This document shows positions 23,458-34,300 of a DNA stretch of 46,399 nucleotides, piece by piece; the stretch's first letter is position 1; every line of letters starts with the position of its first letter. Made by a program: the position numbers and the translations under genes. This DNA comes from Nemertoderma westbladi (Eukaryota; Animalia; Xenacoelomorpha). The stretch is from the NCBI GenBank assembly GCA_032718475.1, contig JAUCBJ010000639.1, forward strand, positions 1 to 46,399, read 5' to 3'. The notes beneath the pieces were generated by a model. It saw only the letters and a program-made list of their open reading frames with translations. It was not told the origin of the DNA and searched no databases.

Positions 23458-24646
23458 TGTTCGCGCTTTTAGACCTTTAGCAGTTTAACCCGCCAATTTT
23501 AGGTGTCTTCTAGTTTATAAATCGACTTTAGCCTATAACAAGTATTTGTTGCATATAAAGTTACATTAGCCGAAGCCAGCCTATGCGCGACCATTCACCC
23601 ACAGTTAAGGGAGACTGGATTCGGAGGCTCTGACCTTATTGCGGTGTAGACTTACTGTATTATTCGATTGCTCGTTACTATAATATCTCTGACAAATATT
23701 ATTTACTTTCGGGAAATATTAACAGTTCCTTTTAGGACGTGGCGTTCTAAGTATGTAAACAGAGTTATGACTTACACTAAACACAACGGGATGGCTAATG
23801 ATTTTCGTATAAAGCGCATTCTTTAGGAAATGCTTTGTTATCTGTCACACTCATGCACACTACCGCACACTGCTGCACACTGATCTGCCGACCTTCACTG
23901 AATTTGATCATATATAAGGAGAATAGCAACTGAAACATGTAAGGATTATGAAATAGCATTCAATTCACTCCAAAACCACTATAATGTAAGTCGCAGTTGC
24001 TACAGGTAACTGGTCCCTCTTACCTTCAGTATATCAAGAAGATTGGGGTTTTATGATTATTTATCGATATTCTCCAAATATAACAACATATCCACCAACT
24101 TATAACAATTATTAACCGACAGTAAATAGCAGTAAAATAATGCGGTGAAAGGTATGTATAGTATGATATGGGCTGATATGTTTTGATAACAGTTATACGT
24201 TCCTATAATCAAAGCCGTCGAATGTTTGGCTAAAGTCTGAAACTAAGAATAATTCCAAAGCCGATGTTCTGGGCTCAGGAAAAAGGTAAACAAAGACCGT
24301 CATGCATTGCGCGATTTCCCGTAGGCTTCTGTGCAAATAAAATGAAAATCGCTCTGATTGGTCAAGTGAGCTGAACAAAGAGAGTTAAGAAAGCTCCACA
24401 TCGACATCAAAATCAGCTGATAGATTTCGTCATCTGAACCACTGTGTTAAGAGTATTTGGCGTATTGCGGCATAAAATGGCTTGTTATGTCCGCTAAAGT
24501 ACACATACAGAAAAGATGGCTTTTTATGTCCGCTAAAACACCTACACAGTACTTTGCGGGAAAAATGGCTTGTTATGTCCGCTAAAACAACTAAACAGTT
24601 CATTGCGGAGAAAAAATGACTGGTTATATCCGCAAAAGCCTTTACA
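23458..24646 (-). repeat. 3' LTR of BEL copy 2 (1189 bp)
   Basis: TGTTCGCG...TTTACA. PPT TGGGAGCGG on the minus strand at 24647-24655. Confidence 0.93.
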
Positions 24647-24724
24647 CCGCTCCCAGAAAATGGGATTTAATTCTATAAAATATAAAAAATCACAGTTTCT
24701 AAAATATAAAAATACTCTAAACAG

Positions 24725-25862
24725 TTAGTCTTTCTTGCATGGATGGCGTTTACACAGTTTTTTGAGGCTAGCAAGAGTCCTTTTCTCTTTGGGGCGAGCC
24801 ACTTTACTAGGAGGGCTATAACTCCTGGGTGAAGGGTGCAATACAATTGCATCAGAAGGTTTAGGGTTACGGTCGGTGTATCCGCCGGTCGAGGTACCCG
24901 GTTGATCGGTATCAACCTCAGTGGAACGATGTCGAACAACCTTGAGAGTGCGTTTTAAGACAGCAGCTCTTACTGGTCCCTGACGGGTCGTTTGCACGAA
25001 AGCAGTAGGTGGACCGTGTGTAGTGAGAAATTTCCTCGGTTTGATGATTCTTTCCAACTCGCGTTTTCGGGCTCTATCGGAATCGATATGCTTCTACTCG
25101 AGCTGATTTTCCTCCGCTTATCGTTGGAAGCATTCGTCCAAAACTCTTGCAGAGAGTAGGGTCGTCCAAGTTCGAGTATTCCGGAACTCTGATCATAGGT
25201 TTATTTAAGGATCGTTTGAGTCGAGTGAGCGTAGGTGATACATCGAACAAGTTTCGCTCGAAACTCCCGTAAATATAGCGAGTAAACTGTGCTTAGAGCA
25301 ACGTCTCCGCAGATGTTTATGTCTTTCCGTTTGTTGGTTGGGTCTTGGGCATTCATCGCAATAATACCAAAGACGCACGTCTTGTAGGGGAAACGCGGGT
25401 GATCTTTCTTCAGTTTTACAATGTTTCTCTCAAGAATTCCAAATATATGTTGGAGTCACCGCGTTTATCCGGTTCTTTAAAGTCTTCTCTTTCGAGTCGA
25501 TTTCGAATAGAATTTTCGCATTCGATTCTCAGTTTATCATTCCGACTCCGCTGGGTATGATATTTAAATAGGACTATTTCCCTTTCGGTGTCGACATCGT
25601 CCGTATCGTGTAAATCGATAGGATGACCAGTAGTTAAGAAGTCGATATGCGTACCATTACGATGCATATAGCGAGCAGTGAATTTTCGATATTCCAATTC
25701 AAGAGTGAGTTGCTCCTTGGACATTGGCAGTTCGATATAACGACCATCGTCCTCCGTAGCAGTTGTACTAGCGTCGCCGCGTATTAAGCTATCAACAAAC
25801 GCTTGCAACGGTAGAGTATATCGCTCCCTGATACCAAGATCATCTTCTATCAACTCAGTCAT
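24725..25862 (-). pseudogene. Extra 3' ORF of the BEL family, unknown product, disrupted
   Basis: A 148-aa ORF from ATG 25862, further open stretches in shifted frames and a basic C-terminus ending ~70 nt before the PPT. Several differences from copy 1 are synonymous. Confidence 0.6.
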
Positions 25863-26239
25863 AGCTGCTATATGAGTTTATCAATATTATAATTAGTTAT
25901 AATTAGGCTAGCGGGCGTCGCTGCCTACCCCTCACGGCCCCTGGACAGCGCAAGATCCTCAGCGCTGATGTACTGTCGCCGCTGTGCCTATCGCCAACAT
26001 AGTAGCTGCACAATGACAACAACAACCAGCACGAGTCACTCCACTGTCCGTCCCAAGGGCTTAGATTTACTTCAGGTTCTTACTGCAGAGGTAGAGCTAC
26101 TTTCACAACTGCAACTCGCTACTGTAAACACAGTTTAGTAGTAACATTCACCTATAAACGCACAAATTCCACACAACTGCCACAAACCGCACACATTCGG
26201 GCCATTTGTCCGTTAGTCAAGTGCCTTCCAGAATAATTT

Positions 26240-26365
26240 TATTCCAGAGCATGTCTGGGGACTAGGATCCTTAATTCTAGGGAATTTGTCCTTTTAAGAG
26301 TATCGGTAAGTGCTACGATATCTTAATCGACTATAATTTTAAAGGATCTAAAATTTAACAGATTT
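26240..26365. other. Predicted structured element, copy A
   Basis: Small CCAGA/TCTGG hairpin plus a long interrupted stem. Homologous to 30731-30855. Confidence 0.55.
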
Positions 26366-26509
26366 TAATTTATAGATTTTCTAGAGTTAACTTGTAAGTA
26401 TTTACTCTATTGTATTTTTTTTTTTTAATTTTAATTTCCACCACCACCAAAATTAAATTTAGTAAGAATTTTTACATCCCTCCACCAAACACAAGTCTAA
26501 AACTTGGAT

Positions 26510-29500
26510 TCAGTACCGGTCTCGGAGGTCAAACCCCCGCAGACCGGCGCCGTCCCCAAACCCGAGCGCCCTCCATGGCCGCCTACCGCCACGCAGGCAC
26601 AGGGAGTTTGAGCGCAGCAGCGCAAACAATAGGCGCCTCCGCACTCCGCCCAGCACACAGGCTAGGCCTCACTCGCGCATCCCACGCTGCCGGGCCACCA
26701 GGGTCTCCGCGAGGTGGCGGATTAGGATATCGGCCTCCTTGCACCACACCCCGTCGGTGGTTCCGACTAGGGGGGTGAAGGAGATCCGACGGTCCTCGCA
26801 CACTGCGGCATTGTGTACCTTCTTGGCGCGGACCCTCTGCTGGAGAACGGAGTCTAGGGACCGGTTAACATAAGAGGGGGTTTACAACCGCAATGTCAAA
26901 TGACGCCACCCTCTGTTCGGCCCAGACTCCCCTCGCCAGAAGGTCCGCCCTTACTCCACCCACCTCGCGGCCCTGTCTGTCCAGGTAGCCGGACGCCAGC
27001 GTAACCTCACGCTGGACGCACGAGCCCCCGAACGCGGACGCGATTATGTCCCCGAAGACCTCCCGCACCTCGTTGTGCCGCTTGATAATCAAGCCCCCCG
27101 ACTTGCAATTAAGGGCGTGGGACGTCGAAAAAGACTCCCCACACCCCTCGCACTTAGCCGGGAGGCCGGGAGGCGTCAACCCATACCGCAAGGCAAGGTT
27201 GTCCCGGAACACTTCGGGGTCCAGGTCGGTGTGGTCCACCGCCGAAGGCTGAGCGGTCAGCCACCCTCCCGTCTTGTGGGAGACCGTGCGCTCCACCGTG
27301 CGGCGCCGTTCAGCAGGAACATTGAGGAGGGCGGACTCCTGTCTCGCCTTGTAAGCCGCGTCTTGGGTAATGCGGCTTTCAGCGAGGGCCGACGCGAGAC
27401 ACGCGGCGTGGTCTGCGACCTGGAGGGGGCGGTCCGACAGCAGCGCATCAACCACCCCAGCTGTGCCGGCCAGCGACGCCTCTCTAGCGTGGCACCGTCG
27501 CATTAACGGGTCCCGAATCCCGATCCCGCCGTGTCGGACTGGCAAAAGAACCAAGTCTTCGTCAACAGCACCGAGGGGTATCCCGAACAATGCCGGGATG
27601 TAACTGTGCTGCAGCGCCTCCCGGATCGGAGCCAAATCCTCATCGTCGATTTCAACCACCCGGAGCAGGAAGTCCCACTCCGCTTGTAAGCAGCGGGACA
27701 TTCCCGTATGAGCGGTCTGGGGATAATCCTCGGCCACCTCCGCCAATCTACCGATACTGTAGACCCACCCCGCAACTTTCTCCGCGATGAAACCACGCAG
27801 CCCCTGGGAATCACCAACATAACCGCCCAGAAACCTGTGACCGGAGACGATCCGAACGCCCGACCTCCCAAACAACTCGTGTGCCTGCTCAACATACGCC
27901 GGTTTCACCACCAAGTAGGACTTGGTGGGCTCCGGGTTGTACCCAATTCGGGGTCCACTGAGGAGCAACTCCTCCCACCAACGGAGCACACCAGCGAGGG
28001 AACCAGCAGATGAGGCATCATCGGCATACCAGCACTGTCTTTGGTGGTGCGGTGTTGGGTCGCCAGGCGGGGTCGCTGGCGGGTTGCCGGGTAGGGTTGA
28101 CGGCGGGTCGCCAGGCAGGGTCGATGGCGGATTACCGGGTAGGATCGACGGCGGGTTGCCAGGTAGGGTCAATGGCGGGTTATCGGGTAAGGTAGACGGC
28201 GGGTCGCCAAGCAGGGACGACAGCGGGTTGCCGGGTAGGGTTGACAGCGGGTCCCCAGGCAGGGTCGACGGCGGATTGCCGGGTAGGGTCGACGGCGGGT
28301 TGCCGGGTAGGGTCGACGGCGGGTTATCGGGTAAGGAAGACGGCGGGTCGCCAAGCAGGGACGATGGCGGGTTGCAGGGTAGGGTCAACAGCGGGTTGCC
28401 GGGTAGGGTCGACGGCGGGATGCCGGGTAGGGTCGACGGCGGGTTGCCAGGTAGGATCAACGGCGGGTTACCGGATAGGGTCGACGGCGGGTTGCCGGGT
28501 AGGGTCAACGGCGGGTTGCCGGGTAGGGTCGACGGCGGGTTGTCGGGTAGGGTCGACGGCGGGTTGCCGGGTAGGGTCGACTGCGGGTTGCCGGGTAGGG
28601 TCGACGGCGGGTTGTCGGGTAGGGTCGACGGCGGGTTGCCGGGTAGGGTCGACTGCGGGTTGCCGGGTAAGGTCAACGGAGAGTTACCGGATAGTGTCGA
28701 CGGCGAGTTGCAGGGTACGGTCGATGGCGAGTCGCCGTGCAGGGTCGACGGCAGGTTACCAGGCAGGGTCGACGTAGGGATGCCAGGTAGGGACGATGGC
28801 GGGTTGCCAGGACACTCAGGTATCCGGATGTCCCGTAGCCTCCGTATCATGGGAAGGGTCCCACAGCCATACCCAAGCATGGCGGCCGGGTCGCCCTGGG
28901 TGTACCCTTCCCTGCTCCAGAGCGGTACATCAGACCCTTGTAAGAAGAGAGCGGCGTGGCCGTTGTATGCATTAAAGAGGTAACGGGAACACCGGTGCCA
29001 GTAGACCCGCGCATTCCACAGGGCCACGGGGCGACTCAAACTGTTAAAGGCATTAGAGGCGTCTACGAGGAGCATCCCCACGGTGGAGTCGTCCTCATAC
29101 AATGAAGCCATCGCATGGACAGCGCCCTCGACACCCGCCTTAACACCCGCACAGAGTTGATCCGCCCCGCATTCCACGATGAAATCCATCTTGGTGGCGG
29201 CTGTGAGGCAGTTAGTCAGCAACCGGTACAGGACCTCCCCAATGCCGATGGGGCGGACACCGGGTTCCTTGTCAATTGCGACGAGGCGACAGGCACGCAG
29301 CGCGCGGATCTCGCCCCAAGGTACCACCGAGTTGGCGAGGCGTCGAGCCAACCCGGCGACGGCCTCCCTGAGGCGGGAGCTGTGCGCCTCGTAGCGGGTA
29401 AGCAACGCACTCCATAATTCGGCGTCTCCGCCGATCGGACCAGCTCCACCACGTAGCACTCGAGTAACCTTGAGGACGTGCTGACCAGTAATGTTGACAT

Positions 29501-30524
29501 CCTCGAAGGCTGGTAGGTCGTCACATGGTTCAAACGCATCCGGCGAAACCTGCATCTGAGGGGGATGTTTTTCCGCCAGAACCTCACGTACGGTAATCCC
29601 AGGTGCTCGCCCCTCTGCCTGGGAATTGGGGTCTAAAATTCCACCACTGTCCCTCTCGGTAATGAGACGAACTGCCGCCCGATTCTGTCCCACCGGTATT
29701 TTCCGATTATACAACCGACCCGGGTTTACTTTTGCCGATCCCCAGGACTTAGCGAACTTGGAGCTGCAGCGCTCCGCCTCCACCACCAGCTGCTTATACT
29801 CCTCTCGCTCCCACATGCCAATCCGGCGCAGCATAGTACGCCGAATATCCAAACTTTTTGTCACGTCTGGGTCTCGCTGGAATATGGTAGCCACGCAACA
29901 GAGTGATCGTTCCGAGGGGTGGATACCGTCCGTCAGAAATACCAGCTCGCGAGCGACTAAGTCGGCGATTTTGCGTCCCACATTGCCACCCGGCACAATA
30001 TACTGGCAACAAGTAAGGCAGGTGAGGCGGGAATAATTGGCCTCCCAATACGGATCGGTGGAAGAGCCAGGAGAGTTTAACCACTGGCCACCGAAGGCCG
30101 ACTCCAAAAGCTCCACAGTGGTAGGGAAAGGAGGAGAACTCGCACTCCCAGGCAAAGATAACGGAGGAGAAACGGTGTCGACGACTCGGGGAATCTGAGT
30201 TATCTGAGTTATCGCACTCGAAAACGAATCAGTATCCGAGCTATCCCCCCCATCCGTGTCGTCGCCAGTGGATTCATGCAGCAGAGTGTCATCCACTACG
30301 GGACTAATGGAGGCCCCCGATATGACATGCGGGTTCAGGCAATTGCCAACAGACAAAGGCGAGCAGCTGGTGCAGGGTTGCCCGGCACGGACACAACGAC
30401 AATGACTAGAAGTGGTACAAGCGCGGATCCCACACTGACAGCACCGTTGGGACGACGACTGCCCTGAGCCCTGAGACATAACTGACCGAATAGACAAACC
30501 GATCGATCCAGACAAACCATCCAA
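26510..30524 (-). CDS. CRE-like polyprotein: Cys-rich N-terminus, RT, CCHC finger, restriction-like endonuclease. Open for 1219 aa to 26865, then frameshifted with one stop
   Basis: GVRPIGIGE, VDASNAFNS, QGDP, WYADD, FLGG, CEGC..HALNC, RHNEVR and RADL..G.W..FDIAV. The shifted frame continues AKK..FTPLV.TTDG..SLCLRG to TGA at 26510. Confidence 0.85.
28055..28812 (-). repeat. In-frame 24-bp minisatellite (~31 units, LPGNPPST) inside the RT domain
   Basis: Unit gggttgccgggtagggtcgacggc on the + strand. It lies between QGDP and YADD. Confidence 0.95.
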
Positions 30525-30730
30525 GGAGAGAGACTCGCAGTCACGAAACTGAACTCATCAACAAAATATCAACAAATATCAACAAATAAACCAGTAAGTA
30601 TATAATACAGGCAGCCCAGACAGTAGTATGGTATATGTTTTTCTTGTTTTGGTAAAATCCGACAGTGATTTGTATTTGTTTGACAGATTTTATAAATATT
30701 AATAGTTAATATTTAAGATGGGCACTGGTT

Positions 30731-30855
30731 TATTCCAGAACTTGTCTGGGGACGTTAACCACTGATTCTAGAATTTTGTCTTTCAAGTATATCTGTGGGT
30801 GCCGCGATATCTTAATCGACGAGAATTGCAGATGGTCAAAGGGTTTAACAGATTT
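30731..30855. other. Predicted structured element, copy B
   Basis: Homologous to 26240-26365, with different but still complementary stem arms. Confidence 0.55.
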
Positions 30856-31379
30856 ATTTTGCGTCGTACGCTACTGTTAAAGGGACATCACGCTACTATA
30901 TGTATTATTTAATATACGGTATGAGAGCAATATTGCAAGAAGCAATGTCAGTGAGAAGAGGCAAGTCGTTTCCAAGGTCTACCCAGAGCTTGGTTTAACC
31001 GAGACACGACGATCTGAACTTTGCATTCCTAATACTCTACTTACCAATAATACTTGAGTATAGTAGGTGCTTTATTGTACTTTAATAAGTACGGATATTT
31101 CATCTTACTGTAGTCACATATTTATAATATGATACGGACAGTAAGGAAAGAGAAAAAGAATTATTTCTCGCCGTCGCACTAAATATATATAATATAAGTA
31201 ATTAAGTAATAAGACTAATATACATTGCACTAATCTACTAGATAATCGCTAAAATAACATTCTACTAAATAAAATTAAAGAAAACGATTATTATAAAATT
31301 ACATAATAATACATACATAAATATAAAATAATAAAAACAAATATAAAATAATATAGTCGCACACCCACTCCAGACGCTG

Positions 31380-34300
31380 TTACGTTGGGGAGTCCCTAGA
31401 TGTTTGTTGGATTAGGGAGGTGGTCGTGGGAAGAGTATCTTGCCTTCCATAGTTTCCGGACAGTTCTCGGTCTCTTTCCAGTAAACATAAACGACCAACT
31501 GGGTGATTGAGTTGTTGTGTTTCAAACACAATTCCTGGTTTCTTAAAGTTACGTCGCATGACGACGAGTTCTACCGATCGCACCAAACCATCATCTGAGA
31601 TATGAGTCTCGATGATACGACCTGTCTGCCACCGCTTACGTGGAAGATCTGATTCCACAATAAGGACCATTTCTCCGGCGCTGACGTTTTCTTGCTGCGC
31701 AAACCACTTAGTTCGAAGTTGTAGCGTAGGCAGATAATATTTTTCGAAATGGTCAGCGAAACGACGGGATAACAACTGGATAAGTTGCCAAGTTTGCCGG
31801 CAGTATTCGTCTCCGTCCGTGATTTCCGATCGTGGGAGCATGGCTACAGGTTTCTTCAGTAGGAAGTGCGCGGGTGTTAGCGCTTCCAGGGAATCGGGAC
31901 TCGATGAGATTGGCATAAGCGGTCTCTCGTTGAGATAGGCGGCGATTTCCTCCATTAATGTCCGCAAAAGTTCGTCGGTGAGATACTCGCGGCACGGCAC
32001 TATAAAGTGAAATGCGGTCTTCACGCTCCTGATTAATCTCTCCCAACTTCCTCCCCACCAAGGGGCGTCGGCGGCGTTGAAGTTCCAGCTAGAAGCTGTT
32101 ACCCTTAGCTGATCGTCCACCTGTCTTTGGTTCCAATCCTTGACGTAGGCCTTGATTTCATTGTTGGCACCAATGAAGTTCGTTCCCTTATCAGATCTCA
32201 TCGTGTTACTAGTTCCAAAGCGAGCGATCTGTCGGCGTAAGCTCAGTATGAAGCTGTTGGTAGATAGATCGTTCACCATATCGAGATGGATAGCTCTACA
32301 AGTCATACAGACAAAGATGACACACCATCTCTTGACTATAGTCCTAGCACGATATACTTCAATAGGGCCAAATAAATCCACACCGGTATTTGTGAAGGGT
32401 GGTTCATAGAAGCTTACTCGTTCCCTAGGTAATTCTGCCTCTCGCTGTGTTAAAGGCCTACTGAATGCTTTCCTACAGGGTATACAGTTCCTAAGAACTT
32501 GGTTCAGAGCTCTACGGGGTTTATGAAAATAATAGCGAGTTCGAATTTCGCTAAGAACTCGTTCTCTACCGGCATGGTAAAGCTTACTGTGAACATCTAC
32601 AATCATCTTGATTTGTATTTCAAGATTTCTAATGAGTATGGGAAACTTAGTGTCAAAGGATAATGGAGCATTAGTTAGTCTTCCTCCAACGCGTATTAAC
32701 CCATCTATCATTGTGCTAGAGAAATTGTGCCAGATTTCCAGTCTCTCTCTCTGATTTCCACAACAGACTTATTTGTGGCGGGGGATTTTGGATCCAAAGC
32801 GTCGTCTCCGGAAATGTGTAGTACAGACAGATCTATCACGGGTTTAAATAACTTCGATTTACTCACCCGGGTTTTAGGTTTGACTTTCTCCGCTCCCTTG
32901 GCTTGTCTAATCTCCGCCGTGGTAAGATGAGGAGGCCATTCATCCTCTTCCTTGCTTAGGAAGTCGGGTCCACCTAACCAGTCTGGAGTATCTATCAGTT
33001 CTTGTGGAGTTGCTCCCCTGGAGGCGATGTCGGCTGGATTAATCGTCCCAGGGCAATGTCTCCATTGATCTATCTTCGTGCGACTAAGTATAATGGCTAC
33101 TCTGTTGGTAATGAAGACGCTGAACTGACAGACTTCATTGGTTATATACTCCAACACGAGTAAAGCATCGGTCCAATAGACAGTTTTCTCCAGTGGATAG
33201 TCAATCTGTTCTGTTACATTCCGGCCGATGGCTGTAGCGTATAGAGCCGCTTTTAACTCCGCTCGAGGAACTTTCAACTTGTTGTTTATCAAGGCCTTAG
33301 AGGTAACCAAGTCGAACTTAATTCCATCCGGAGTTTCAACCCTCAGGTAGGCTACTATACCTATTCCCATGTCGCTGGCGTCTCCAAACACAGGGAGTTG
33401 ATAGGAATACGTGGGGAGAACGTGACCAAAATAAGAACGGGAAATCGTAAAATTCTCGATGGATGGTAGAGAATCTTCCCATTTCATCCACTTCTTTAAT
33501 AGTTCTCCCTTAAGTGGATCGTCCCACGAGTGGTTTTCAAGCCACATTTGTTGTACTAAACTCCGAGCAATCAATATAACTGGGCTAATAAATCCCAATG
33601 GATCGAAATAAGTGCTCAGGATACTTAGACAAATCCGTTTAGTTCGAATTGGATTATCTCGCTGTTTTAGCTGGAAAAACAGGATATCTCTCTCCGTGTC
33701 CCATTTCAAACCAATCGTCTTGGTTTCTGGAAGATCGTCCTTGATAAGGTCTAGATCTTTAACTCCTCGGTCTTCTACCGGGATCGATTCCAGAAATTCA
33801 CGGGAGTTACTGGTGAATTTAGTTAATTGAAATCCACCTCTTTTCAAGCACTCTACCGTTCCTTTGGCGACATCAATGGCTTCTTCCACCAATGGGAGGG
33901 ACTTTAAATTGTCGTCCATGTATATATCCCGTTTGATGTTGTCGATAACCTCTTTGGAGAAGGCGTCCCGGTTGTCATCAGCAGTGGTGCGCACTACTGA
34001 GCAGGCGTTTGAAGGGCTCGAGATGATCCCAAAAGGCTGGATGGTCATCCAGTACTCCACCGGTTTCTGGTTGAGGTCTCCTTCAGGCCACCACAGAAAT
34101 CATAGGCTGTCCCGATCCCTATCCAGCGCCTTAACTTTTAAGAACATGCCTTCTATATCAGAGGCGAAAGCGATCGAATATTGTCGTAATCTTAAGAGTA
34201 TTCCCAACAAGGATTGGAGTAAGTTGGGTCCCGGCAACAACTCGGAGTTAAGGGATTGGCCCATATAGAGGGCGGAGCCGTCAAATACTACCCGGACTTC

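Larger units (their letters stand above)
26415..30669 (-). mobile_element. CRE-clade (RLE-type) non-LTR retrotransposon, apparently full-length
   Basis: GC-rich single ORF with RT, CCHC and RLE. Poly(A) at 26415-26426 on the minus strand. Candidate TSD TTGTATTT at 26410-26417 and 30670-30677. Confidence 0.85.

Noticed and set aside
26296-26325. Iron-responsive element or spliced-leader RNA identity for the hairpin module
   Set aside because: The loop lacks the CAGUG C and the C bulge. There is no convincing SL donor or Sm-site arrangement in both copies.
27922-28983. 353-aa Gly-rich ORF as a collagen-like gene
   Set aside because: It is the antisense reading of the 24-bp minisatellite and lacks Gly-X-Y periodicity.
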